This document shows, one piece after another, positions 13,101 to 25,877 of a stretch of 54,111 bases of DNA; position 1 is the stretch's first letter; each line of letters starts with the position of its first letter. The DNA lies in NCBI GenBank assembly GCA_900617105.1, contig UYFQ01000289.1, forward strand, positions 1 to 54,111, given 5' to 3'. The notes beneath the pieces were generated by a model. That model was given only the letters and a program-made list of their open reading frames with translations. It was not told where the DNA came from and did not search any database. A program made the translations under genes and the position numbers. Source of the DNA: Hydrurus foetidus (Eukaryota).

Positions 13101-13920
13101 TATCAGAGTCCTCAGAAGTGTTTGTAGGGGTGGGAATCTGGTCGCCACCTAGGTGCGGTGTATCACCCGTACGTTTTGCGAGAATAGTAGTGACACTATT
13201 CAGTCGCTCACAACCTACAACACCACAGGGATCTTGGGTAGCTACTCCCTCGATCTCCATCTGAGTATCGTTACATGTCGACATTGTATGGACACAAGAG
13301 ACGTTGCTCTTCGAAGAAGATTGACCATGCAATATGCTCTTCTTGTTTGGATACTCGGAAGATCCGTGTGTTTCTCTCTTTTTAGAGGGTGGTTTACCGC
13401 CTGGATATTTCAGCTTGTCGTAGTGAGGTGTTAAAGACTCGACTACGGCTGTATCAGGTTCGGTACCCAACGCTATCATACGACGCGTATATTTGTGTTG
13501 AAACAACGGATCGAGTTTATCCAAAGCTTCTTTTCTTTCGAATTCGCGTCTGCGAGCATCGCTCTTTCTCTTATTCTCAGCACTTAGCTCAGGAGAAATG
13601 CCGAATGCAAACGGAGTTAACGTCCAAAAATCATACTTATTTACCGTTTCACGGCTAAATAAAATGTCGATGTCGGTTTTCCGATTGACCCTCATGGGTA
13701 GGCTGATGCTATGGCATTCACCATCGTAAGAATGAAAAAGGATTTTTAAATCGCAAATTTCGTTATTTAGATAGCATTGGCCATCGAGACCGCTGCAAAC
13801 AGTTATGGCTTTAAGAGCAGGATAACATAAGTGAGTAGCATTTAATTTTTCAATCATGTCATATGAAATAAAATTGTCCGAATAATTGGCCGTATCCATT
13901 ACGGCCTTCCCGCGGCGCGC
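10134..13920 (-). CDS. pol: G1 Pol: aspartic protease, RT, RNase H, integrase, chromodomain (split over ORFs by 1-nt frameshifts)
   Basis: KAVMDTAN; RLPFG..YLDD; LYTDASDFGIG; H-H-C-C zinc finger; D-D-E (NVDYIGP, RSDRG, AIVER); chromodomain FHVKWLNYDDSHNTWEP. Confidence 0.95.
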
Positions 13921-13947
13921 AGCTCGCTAGCTGGGCCTGTCCTGTCC

Positions 13948-15571
13948 TTATCCTGCACAATAACCGTAACGTTAAGGTGGTGAGAAGCGAGGATGGAAGG
14001 GGTATGTAAAAATTCTTCACGAATAGGTACAAGTGGCTGCACTTCGAGATGATCATCAGTCAGATTAAAGACATCATCATCGAATGTGGCAGCCACACAG
14101 TCATGGGCAAGGTTCTTACCCTGGTGTTGTCCCGGCTGAGTGTTGGGAGGAGGGTTGTGTCCCTGCGGGGGGTTGTATTTACCCTTACCGCCGGACCCAC
14201 GGCCCTGGTATTGGTTCGCATTGGGGTTTTGATGGCCCCTTTGCTTACCTCTACCACCCCCTGGTTACCCTGGTTACCATAACCAGATTGGTTCTGGGAG
14301 TTTCCTCCTTGACCCTGGTTGGAACGATCTGAACCATCCGAGGTGTTGGATTGGTTCCCAGAACCATGGCTGTTCTTGGCGCGCTTGTTGTCGTTACACA
14401 TCAAGTAAGGTTTAGAACCTCTGGGGTAGAACTGAACTCGTTCCTCGTATCCAGGAAGGACGAGGTTGAGTTGCCATTCAGAGTACCCCACCGCGGCCCA
14501 AGCCATCCCCACTGTAGAACTCTCCCACTCAACTTGGTGATTCGTGTTGGAGTCGGAGTAATACAGGATGGGGCAGTCTGCCAAATTGTGCGACGTAGCT
14601 CCGCACGACCGGCACGGACGAAACATCGGTACGAGCGGTACTTCCGTGGAAGCACGGACAGAGAGTCCGTGCTGCGTCGGAACGTACGAGCTAGGAGTAC
14701 GCACAGTAGCAGTGACTGATCTCGACGAAGCGGAGGGTGTAGGTGAGGGTGCTTTAGCACTCGCTCTACTCGTCTCCTTCTTACCAACGTCTGGTGGAAC
14801 TGCTGATGCAGGAAACGAGTACACCGTGTCCGGGTTGCCATAGCTTTTGATGAGGTTCATCATTGCCCTAGCCTCGGCAAGAACCTGACCAATGCGTAGC
14901 ATAGTCGAATACCACGTATGAGGTGGGGTATTGTCAGCAGCTTTCGCTTTCAGGTAATCCTGTTGGATTTGACTACCCTTGGCTAGGCGCTTCTCCAATA
15001 TCAATATGAGCTCAGCATGCTGAGTCTCTGATAATGGTCCCTTAGACCTCTCATAAGTGCTCACAAGTTCGTTGTAACGTACGAATGTGGCATTCTCATG
15101 ATCGTGGTTAGCGATCTGATAATGGAAGGGAACTTGGCTAAAGCTCTCTGCCAGAGTACATTCTCCCAAACCATTTGGAGAGAAGTACTTTATTATCAGT
15201 TTGGCTACCTGAAGTACCGACAATTTAGTCTGCCAATCATGGCGTTGTCGTCTATCGATGATGTTAAATTCAGGATCGATCATGATCCTGAAATTAAGTA
15301 ACTCGATTGCCTGCTTCTGCATGCAATCGGTTAGCTTCATCAACGGGTACCTCTGAGCCTGTTCGTAGAACTCAGTCGCATCAGCTTCATCAATGAAGTT
15401 ATGCCTGAGGACGAACACCTCACCCTGGAGTTGCATCGTCGAGGGGAAAGCTGGGAACAGCGAGTTCGACATTGAGATAGTCGACTCGTTGAGCGCGGCT
15501 AAAGCTGCCAGACGTGCAATCTCCTCTTCGTCCGGATTCGGATCAGGGTTTGGGTTAGGTGGTGATGACAT
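13948..15571 (-). CDS. gag: G1 Gag with CCHC zinc knuckle
   Basis: ORF 14060..15571, CRSCGATSHNLADC, G/N/Q-rich tail; 3' end depends on a G-run frameshift near 14258 and a predicted intron 13953-14119. Confidence 0.85.
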
Positions 15572-16133
15572 GTCTAATCACTTATCGATGTAAATCTCAC
15601 TGAAAGTCAATGGAGATCGATAACCCCTGCTCAGAAAAATTTTTCAAGAGCTTCGCCTCGTTCACAAACGGGTACTGTAACGTCAGTAACAACGAATGAA
15701 GCAATTCTACCCAACTCTTGAACTGAAAAGTTCTATGGCGTGAAAGCCAAATTTAGAGTGGTAGAAAATCTGGGTGCCTGTTAAGGTCAAAGACGTTGCT
15801 CAACGTCGACAAAAAGAAGTCTATAGACTAATCTTATGTCTCTGGTGATGAATCTGTGATTCGATCGACCAGCGGAGCAAGTCTAAAATGACTTTTGGGA
15901 AGGATAAATCAACTTCGACCAAAATGTCAAGTTTGGAAGAGCCCAATGCACGGGGATTCCAAGAAAGCAGTTAATCTGACTTTCTCTAACTTAGACTAGG
16001 TCTTCTGAGCCAATGGCTGCAGAAGAAAACGGCTCGAAAGTCGTTGAGCAGACGCTCAGAAGTCTTATCTACAGGTTGGGACGAGTAGACGGAATGAGAG
16101 GTAGCAGAGAAAAGAGTGGACTAATAGCGCTAT

Positions 16134-16340
16134 TGTAGTCCGGATAGGAAGTAGGTCGATGGAAGGAAGGTGTTAGTTAGTTACAGGCTCTAAGCTAGAA
16201 GCTAGGATAACTTCTACGAGTAGGCTAGAGCTAGCTAGCAGCTGCGCTAGAGATGTATGTGTACAGTAGGCGGTAGGATCGGATGGATCGGGACAAGGTC
16301 CGGTACGGCCCGTAGGCCCGGTATAGCCGGTCCGACCACA
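16134..16340 (-). repeat. 5' LTR of G1 (207 bp)
   Basis: Direct repeat of 9577-9785, TG..CA ends. Confidence 0.97.
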
Positions 16341-16573
16341 ATGGTTCAGAACTGTATTTTTGACATCTCTTCCGTACTTACGCTGCCTGTCACTGAACGT
16401 GCAGTACTGATACCCGCTCACAGTCGCCGATTTTTGGGGAAACAATTCGCGAATTGCGAGAAAGATAGAGAGAGATATTAAAAAAATTAAAAAAATCTCA
16501 ACTCTCAACTCGCAACCCCAACCGTAGCCTTCTTTGCCACCCCAATATTAGAAATCGACACAATGAAAAGCAG

Positions 16574-19500
16574 ATGACAATGCTTTCGTCGGAGGATGGT
16601 TGCTACCAACCTGATGATGCCAATAGTCCACCTGTCTCTCGGCTTGGTCTTCGAATTCTACGATCTGAGTTAGAAAATGCCAGTTCGAATGTGGTTGAAC
16701 TAACTCTTCAGTATCGTGATCTATCCCACATCGTATCTGAGTCGCAACATGAAATAAATCAGCTGAATGGAGGAAAACAATTATCTCGTGCTGAAGTTGT
16801 CAGTCTTAGCAGGACGCGCGCTTCCGCGTCAAGAACTAATGCTCCTATTTACAGAGAACTTCACGATAGCGCATCGTCAATTGTTACGGAATTACTTCGA
16901 ATGCCACGACTCTTAATTGATGCTATAGCATTTTCATCGAGCTTATCTAGGGTGGGCTTCATCGCTCTTAACAGGCTACTTCACCCTTACTTCTGTGATA
17001 GTTCAGCAACGACAGCATTACTCCTAGATGCTATAGTGTACCAATCTGAGAGGTTCCGACTGAGAAATGGTAGATCATCCGATCCAAAGGGACCGAAGTT
17101 GATATCTCTTTCCCTTTTCATCGACAGCGTAAATTCCGCAAGGGCTTGGAATCCTTTAATGCAGCCTCTTCCTGTGAGTCCTAATGTACAGAACGAAAGT
17201 TTATTGACTACTCTTCTAAAACTTTACGCTATCAGAGTGGATGCGACTTCATTCTTTAGAAAGTTATGGTCGCCAGTATTTCCCTCCATTGTTTCTTTGA
17301 TAAGTGGACCAGGCCATCGGGAGCCGACAAAGTTCAATAGTTTCGTCAAAGTAGCGTTGAGATTACTGACTCACACTTTCAGTGAAAAATCTGTCATTGC
17401 GTTTCCGGCCACTGTAGCAGCTGTCAGTAGAGCTATATATGCACTAAGTGGCACCGAGGGATTATGCGTGTATCTATTCGATCTCTTGGTATTACCGAAC
17501 GTGATCAAAATATTATCTCTCTCTGACTACGATATTGCTGGGGGCGATGTGATGAATCGGTTTCTGGCATGTTTCTCGCAATCAAAGTGGTGGCCAGAGA
17601 GCTCAGAATTCAATCATCTTCCGATGAACACTTTTATATGGATGGTATGGAGGTTGTTCACAGGTTCTATCGGAATAACTGGACTCGCCCTCTCGACACT
17701 GTCATCGAAGATCTTCTTTAGCGGTGCACCTCATCTGGATAGCTCAAGCATGCCTGACCAGCGACTGCAGACCATCCTGTCCGCACTGTGTCGCTCTATC
17801 AAGAAGTCCTGTCGGTTGATAGTGCATTTGTCCTTAGATGCGAGTGGGTGCGAGTACTTCTCATCCGATGCGTTGGTTGTCACAGCAGAGCTGAAGACAG
17901 CCCTGCCAGACCTATCCAAGTATATAGAGAGGAGACTCCATGCACTTCTTCCAAAACCTAGAGAAATGCTGTGTGCCTTGGTGATGTCTCGCTACGAGGT
18001 GGCGACTCTGTTCGATGCTGTGTCCTACGTGATAAACAATGACAATGAAGGGGACGGGGCAGAAGACAAGATTTACGCCGTAGGACTCTTAAAAGAAGAA
18101 ATTGAAAGCTACCGCTTGATAGAGAAAGCGATTCAAAAGAATATTCCTCAAGCATCTCAGCCTGCGTCAGAGCAGATGATGTTGCAGCTGCCGTACGGAC
18201 CAGTGCCTCTCGAGGCGTCCGAGAAGGACATCCGGATATCGCACCACCAGCTGTCGAGGGGTCTGCTAGAAGCCTCCTGCTGCGAAGGCGCTGCCAGACT
18301 AGCTCTCACCAGACTGCAGCAGGGAGTCAGCAGCAGTTTGTCAGATCTCACCGAGGGTTGTGACCCCTCTGAGACCCTCTCATTAGAGACCTTAAATGAC
18401 AGTGGAACGGAGAAATTTACGACTCTAAAGTCCCCGGGTCCTCCCGAAGAAAGGCCCGTTGGGGTGAGATTAATCGGAGTCTTTGACGCCCCTACTGAGT
18501 CTTCATCGATGAAGTCAAATGCGCCCCACAGAGGTGTCGGGCCTGTGGTGAAGGGAATGGACAAAGCAGAGCAGATGCAAGCAGAAGGTGCGGTGGATTG
18601 AATGTCGCGTAACATGACTGCCCTCCTCCTCATTTTCGAAAAAAATCATTCGCACGCCACGTTACGACACTATACATGGAGTATAGAATCTGACTGCGGC
18701 TATTGCTAAAGTTTTTTCACCTCAACTCAACTTACCTCACCTAATATCTTGCAGACGATGAAGTAGCTGCCAAGAGGGCTGGGCGGCTTCAAGAATATCT
18801 GAGAGAATCCCAGGCAACTAGTGCATTCACCGGCACTCGATACACCCTGGTAACACACACCGTATGGTGCAGTGTATCCCATTCCTCTATCTGTGCTGCG
18901 CTGATTTTATGTAGTTTGAGATGACACTATCAGTGATACTGATACTCCTCCCCCACAACCCATGTGTGCTGTCACATAGGTGGATAGCGACCTAGAGGGT
19001 AGCCACCTCCTGCGGGAAACAGAGTCTTCATCACAGCGCGGACTCCCTGACACTCGCCCCAAGACATCCAACACTCGTGATCAGGAGGTACTCTTCAAGT
19101 CTTCATTGTGGAACGGTTCAGAGCGGTCGGGCCATGTTACCCCTCCCCACAGAGTCAGCGGCACTGGTTATGATCTCACAGGGAACGGAAAGGCAGAGAG
19201 AAGAGGAAGCAGCACGACCCCCACCCGATCCTCTCAAGAGCGCACCAGTAGTCGCTTGTCCAACAAGTCTCTCAAGTCATCCCCTGATGGAAGACCAACC
19301 GGGAATGCTACCTCCAGTGTTAGATTGTACCCGAAGAGGCCGAGTCGCACCGGTAGTTCCTCCAAACCGTTCCCGGAACACCTTAGGAACAGCATCAGGC
19401 AAGACGACTGGGCAGATGACGATGAGGGGGAATCGAATTGGGAGTACAGCAACCCTTTCCGCTATAACGCCAGAGGTGAACCTGAAGGGCGGAGCGGGAA

Positions 19501-22500
19501 GGGGTATGATGATTCAGCGAGCAGACCAGCGAGCGGAGGTGCAGGATCAACCAGTTCTAAAGGGCACAGAAAGATTCTCCGTCCCGCACCCCAAGAGGAT
19601 CACAGTGACAAGTTCGCCTACTTCAACCACTACCAGGAACACAACATCAAACCGGAGACTAATCCGCTCTACCAACGGAACAGGCTTCAAGCAGTCAGCA
19701 GTCACGAGAAGGCTTCCGAGGGTAGGGATCAGAGCGACAGACACGATGCATGGGAAAGGGAATATGGCGGGAATCAAGAGCGAGAACGAGAACAGCACAG
19801 AATTCAAGAGATGGAACAAAGCATCGACCAGGAAAGAGAGGCATTCAAGGATCTGGACACTGACTGGTACGGAGATATAGATGTGGTTCGAGAGAAGGAA
19901 GGCCGCAGGAGTGGAGACAGGAATCGATACGGAGATACTGAGCGCCCATGGAGTGGTGGCAGTCGGGAGTGGGATGGAAGGAGGGACAGCGAGAAAGCTG
20001 CTTACGCCATGACAAGAAAACATCTAAAACAAAGAAATGATCACGGCAGAGGAGCAGAGGGTAGATACCGATCTCACCACGAAGAACAATTCCAAAGCGA
20101 TGAAGAAGCACCGGTAGTCCGATCTCGCAGAGATAGTCCCGCTCCGAGCAAGAGTAAGAGTAATCGGAAGAATCGATACGGCTCCTCTGACTCTCAGACT
20201 GGGAGGAGCCGGTCCACCTCCTTGAAAGATGGGTCTGTGCGGTCAAACGCCAATAGCCCTAGTCGGACCCCTCCGAGATCGAGAGCGCATTCGGGTCCCA
20301 GGGTAGAGAAACCCAGACGAGTCAGGAGCGCGACTACTCGCGCGGACCGCGCCAAGTCTCCGGGTAAGAGAAGGGGCAGGTCTCTGCAGTCCAGTCCCGA
20401 GAGGTACAGGGCTCCTCAACCTGTAGAGGCCCCAGGGTGGCGGGCCTCCTCCCCCTCAATGACGCAGCCTCCTTTCAAGCCCTCAGGATGGGGTCGGGGA
20501 CACGACCACCCCATCGTCCCTCTAGAGCCCTCCAGGGCAACCACTCCCCCTAACTACTCCTTCGCGTCCAGGGAACTCTCTGCAGGGGCGGAAGGTGTGC
20601 CATTCCTGAAGGTAGTGTTGAGGAAGAGTAGCGAAGAGGAAGCCCTGTCACAGCGCAGCGAGTCCAGGGACCGACTGCTGCAGCCATCTAGACCTATGGG
20701 TCTACGTCAGTCTTCCTCTCGTCCTTTACCGGGGAGTCAATCCTCTTCGTCCTCGATCAGTGACATCTCTAGCAAGCACCAGCGAGAGGTATTCGAGGGT
20801 ATCACACCTGGCCTGAGGGAGTACGAGGAGGTACCGGGAGTCCGACCCGTGTTCCGGCCACCAGGCAGCACACACGGGGTACCCATCCCCATGCAAGAAT
20901 ACGATCTGAAGATAGCAGACAGCTTGAGTCGCAGTGTGTCAGAGTCAGAGACGGAAGCAAGGAAGGGAGTGATGCCGGAACAGCAGCAGCATCAAAAGGT
21001 ACTAACGACCCCTACTCCCTCAGGGGGCGGTCCTAGTCCGGTTGCGCAGATCCTGGACCTGCCCAATGGAATCTTGTCTACTGTAAGCAGCCGTAAGAGC
21101 AGCATAGATGAGGGGTACTGCACTGCGGCAGATTATTCGGATGCCTTCGAGACCACTAGACGCCATGAGACCGTACCGCATAACGTACAGCAGTTCGTAC
21201 CCCATAACGTACAGCAGTTTGTACCCCATAACGTACAGCAGTTCGTACCCCATAACGTACAGCAGTCCGCACCCCATAACGTACAGCAGTTTGTACCCCA
21301 GAACGTACAGCAGTCTGTACCTGAGAACGTACAGCAGTTCGTACCCCAGAACGTACAGCAGTCCGTACCCCATAACGTACATCAGTCCGTACCACAGAAC
21401 GTACAGCAGTCCGTACCACAGAACGTACAGCAGTCCGTACCACAGAACATACAGCAGTCCGTACCACAGAACGTACAGCAGTCCGTACCACAGAACATAC
21501 AGCAGGTCATACAGCATGACATACAGCAGGCCCTACATCGCGCAACGTACCCGGCCACCTTGCTCGCGGACACCGACATGCACTCTCCACATTCGGTAGA
21601 GAGTCTCTCCGCATACGCCTCAGACAGAAGAGCGGAGCACAAGCAAGATCAGGAGCAGGATGCTGACTCTAGTGAGGCTGATGAGGACTTGAAATCGGAT
21701 GAACAGCTAGAGAGCAGCAACAAGATAGAGGACATGACACAAATGACCTCCTACCAGAGAATGCAGCAGTCATTCAAAGAATACAGCTACTCGACTCCTG
21801 CTCCCAAATCAGGGCTGGCTAATGCGTCATCGAGTTTAGAGGTTGGAGAGGAGGGTAGGAGCACGTCTGACCAGCAAGGTGACACCACCAATAGTCAATC
21901 CAGCTCCTCCACTGTCCCTAAAGGGCAAGGGCGTCAGTCGCGTCAGGATCCCCGCATATCCGAGCCCACCTCTACAACATCGCCAGTGAGAAGTAACAAG
22001 CGGTCAGCGTCACCTGCACCGCATGTCTATAAGGAGGATGTGCCGTTCACCTCGAACCCTTCACAAGCACACGCACTTGCGCATGCGCACCGCACACACG
22101 GCACCCCTTCTCGAGTGAGCTGCGAGTCGGACAAAAACATATCCATAACCACAAGTGGAGATTGGGAAGTGATTAATATTAACAAGGCAGTGACGAGGCC
22201 ACTGTCCACCAACTCGTACTCCGAGCGGTCTACCAACACAGCTGACTTCGTCTCCGTCTCCTCAGTGCCGGAGACCAAGGCACAGAGACGATCCAGACAG
22301 CAAACACCTAGTCCCACTGAAGACCCCACTAAGTACATCACACCCAAGAGGAGTCCTCCTCATTCTCGTGTCGACCGCAATGTGCCCTTCACCTACCGCA
22401 CAGAAGACCCCGTAGCCCGATCATCGCAGGATTCATCCCAAGACGACAGACCTATGGGGAGGAGCACCAACACACCCCAGAGAAATAGAGGGTCAGACGA

Positions 22501-23169
22501 AGTGAGGCGCATTGGTAGTACCTCCTGGTCGGTGATGGACATGGAGAACGAGTCAGTGTCGGACACCACTGCTCTGTCAGCAGTGTCAGCCGGACTGGCG
22601 ATGTTGATGGCTGGTATCCCGGTTATGAAGGTAAGAGCAATCCCAACCATCCCTCTGACAATACAGTGTTCCTTCTGCTGTCCCTAACTGTGGATGATGC
22701 ACTGAATACACAGCGCGGTAAGAGGGGCAGACCGAAAAAAAAAATTATCCGGTTTGTTGAGGCGTCTCAAGAGCTACAGTGGACCCCTGCTGAGGCTGAG
22801 GGGAAGGGAGAGGAAGAGCCGAAACAGCGGTTCCGATACAATTGCTTCCCCAAGATAATTTGCAGCAGTGCATACACTCACGGGTCCTCTATCTGCGTTG
22901 ACTCCATCACTGATGTGTACGACAGGGATGACAGGGAGAGTGACGGGGTAGTGGAGGATAGGGTGAAAAACATGCTCAAGAACCTCGGGCCCCATTGCTG
23001 CCTAGTAGTGACCAGAGAGAGGACTCTGGACCTCACATTCCGGAACGCCCAGGAGATGAAGTCGATAACAGCTGCGATAAAGGAGATGCTGAAGGAAACA
23101 TGGCAGATTCGGACAACTTCAGAGGACATTGGCGACTTGCCATACGATGAAACGTTTTCACCCACTTGA
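16574..23169 (+). CDS. Large (~2070 aa) protein: putative divergent RasGAP-like N-terminal domain, long disordered S/R-rich middle, C-terminal PH domain; exons 16574-18587, 18755-18849, 18980-22630, 22714-23169
   Basis: Three GT-AG introns join the ORFs in frame (phases checked); C-terminal LMAGIPVMK-RGKRGRPKKK..LQW..VVTRERTLDL is PLC-type PH-like; GAP assignment by weak resemblance only. Confidence 0.7.
21173..21508 (+). repeat. Coding 24-bp minisatellite, 14 copies, (VP[HQE]N[VI]QQ[FS])n
   Basis: Directly visible in DNA and translation. Confidence 0.95.
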
Positions 23170-23661
23170 CTAACTAATTTCTCAGGTCGTGTTATGTAGT
23201 ATGTTATGCCCCTGTGGCCTGCCGTGTACGTGTTAGTATAGATTACATTAGATTGTCCTACTACGGTGTGTTACTCCCCATTATTAATTATGATTCGGTT
23301 CAGTCCAACTCCTGCTGGGGTACAGAGCGCAGATGCTTGGTAATGATATTCTGTATGTTACTCAATTCATTTTAGACTTTCCTATTAAGATAATCGCTCT
23401 TTTGTTTTGGATTCACTTCATACTGATCGTACTAGAGTAGCTTCCAGGCTATCGGTGGTGAGTCTTTTTGTTGGAAAAGAGTTCGCCTGCAAGGACTGCG
23501 TCATCAGTCATCATAAAATTCAGACACTCATAATTGAATACGTACTTCACGGAGACAGCAGGCGGTGTTTTATCGAAGAGAGATCTGTTATAATTACAAT
23601 TGTGTGGCAGGGTCCGGTAGAGCAGTGACAAGTACGAGGAATACTGTGAAATCTACTCCGA

Positions 23662-24445
23662 TTAGACCTTGAAGCCATTTGATCTCCTTCTTCCTCTTGC
23701 CTTCTCGAACTTTCTTCCCTTCTGTCCTTTCTGCATGCGAGGCTTGACGGCATCGTGAGTGTGAGGGTTGGTGACAGAGGTCTTGTGTCCAAAGTGTCTG
23801 TTAGCCTCGCGAGAGCTCTTTGAGCCTCTGAGGAGGATGGTGTTACTGCCCTTGGGGGCGCGGAGGGCGAGCTGATCAAGAGTGATGCATTCACCACCAG
23901 CCTTCACGATTCTAGCTCTAGCAGACTCAGTGAAACGAAGAGCTGCGATAGTTAGCTGGGGAACTTCAAGAAGACGAGAGTCATCAGTCACGGCACCAAC
24001 AATAACGGCGGTCTTATCCTCTTTAGACTTCATGAAACGTGACAGACGAGACAGAGAAATAGGAGCGTTGTTGGTTCTGGACATTCTCAGTCTCTTGACT
24101 ACAGTGGCAGCAAATTTCGATTCAGCTCTTCTCGCAAGGAAGCTGTCATGTTTTTGGTTGATTATAATAGAAGACATTAGTAGAGTATTTAAGTATTTAC
24201 TGTTTCTTCTTCACTCAACGAAGGCCAAATGCAATATGCATCGACTTGATGACCATTTTCACATCAGAATTTTGATCCTATAACTGATCCACCGCTAGCA
24301 TTTCACGCAGATCCCAATGTCGACCAAAGCTATCATCTCACCTATAAAGCTTCTCCAGAAGCTTAACATAGACATTCTTTGTCACTGGTGCTTTGCGCAC
24401 GTTGTGACCCGTGCGGCGTCCGCCGGATTTAAGATCGATGCCCAT
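23662..24445 (-). CDS. RPL18: 60S ribosomal protein L18 (eL18); exons 24445-24342 and 24142-23662
   Basis: [81 protein letters not shown]; 199-nt GT-AG intron. Confidence 0.97.
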
Positions 24446-25877
24446 CGTGCAAGACTTCTCTGTCGATTATATCCAATCAGTAGAGACAAAAGCTACTCAT
24501 AAAGTTGACAGCGGCTAATGGTAGACTCGATAAGCTCTTGGGTGCGGGGTTTTTCTAAAACCACATGATTTTTTTGTACCGCAGCTTCAGCGGTCGTGCA
24601 CATTTGACATTTCACCGATTTTCGATTTTCGCATGTACGTGTTTAAGACCAGCGTACTTACTACATATTGGTGGACAGATTTCTTTAACACCCTTGATGT
24701 GTTGCTCTTGTCTATTTTATGCTGCTGATGAGAATTATCTGCTCTAACCTCTTAGCGCATTTCATCCCTAATCATCCGTCCTTTACTTCTTGTCTTCTAG
24801 CAATTTCAAAGTCATATCATGTAAAACAGTTTTTCATTAGTAGTTCTAGTTTTTTTAAAACTCTGTTTGGTCATCTTCTTTTGCGGGACAGGCTATCCTC
24901 TCTTATTGCATGGAATTCAGATTTAGAAATCTTTCTTGCTGCGACCTGCAAGCGGGTTTGCTGCCAAGGTTAATTCATTGGTGCATCTTGTTCACCTTAC
25001 TTATCATGTTTCAACTGTTATTTATGCTAATTAAGTTTTCGATAGCAAGCGCCACAAGTAACCGTTGCATCGTGCCACGTTGGGTTGGAGAGAAAAGTTT
25101 CGACACAGGAATGAATGAATTCACAGATTGAATGCGCTGAAGTCGATGTTGACGTGCTCATGAATCTTTAGCAGTCGTCTTGATTCCGGATTCTCACTTT
25201 TATCGGATACGTCGTTTACATGGTTTTTGAGAGGAGCTAAACAATCTGAGGAAAATCTGCTATAATTCAATCCGATGAAAGGAACAACGACCCTGTCACT
25301 GAGGATAATAATTCGAACAATTGTTGAGCTATCGTGATCCCGGAACGCATTACAGAAAGTTAAACGGCACGATGCACCGTCATTCACTCATTGACTGATG
25401 AGTACTTTCAGTTTCAGCTTCAGAGGTGATTGAGGATGTCTTTCTCAGAACTCCTGCCTTGACACCATCAACACACGACTGCCTGCTCTGTATGACATTC
25501 ATCAATCAAGCATCTTATCTCAAATTTTCTGCACACGTTGATCCCAGAGGGAGAAAGAAAAAGAAAGAGAGGTAAAGAATTCGAGGTAGTGTTGACGCGG
25601 CAGTGTTCTTAAACACTTTCAAAAGCAATAAATTTTACATAAATAAGAAATCAAGTATATGACAAAGATATGTAATCGTCTTTACATATCGAACGTGCAC
25701 TCTTAGTGCTCAGCGTAAATGTGAGTGTGACAGTGTGTGTTTGTGTGTGTGTCGGAAGAATGTTAGTTCCGTATAAATTCAGGTTTAACAGAAAGGAAAA
25801 GGAAAAGGCACAGGGACAGAAAGGACTCTTGCTGACATATATACAGATATTGATTTCTGTGCCGATGGAGAACATTC

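Larger units (their letters stand above)
9577..16340 (-). mobile_element. Complete Ty3/Gypsy chromovirus-type LTR retrotransposon (element G1)
   Basis: Two TG..CA LTRs, 4-bp TSD ATGG (9573-9576 and 16341-16344), PPT at 9786-9808, gag-PR-RT-RH-INT-chromodomain on minus strand. Confidence 0.97.

Noticed and set aside
9055..16407. Possible TA-flanked MITE (TACTGC..GCAGTA) hosting G1
   Set aside because: Inverted match is only ~6 bp with weak extension; not supportable
21020..21642. Several repetitive ORFs in alternative frames and strands
   Set aside because: By-products of the 24-bp coding minisatellite
24284..24298. TAGCGGTGGATCA resembling the 5' end of 5.8S rRNA
   Set aside because: Only 13 nt, in sense orientation on the transcribed strand, no further rRNA similarity
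24500..25870. Short ORFs and C/D-box-like words between RPL18 and MAF1
   Set aside because: No recognisable domain, no convincing paired C and D boxes or rRNA guide
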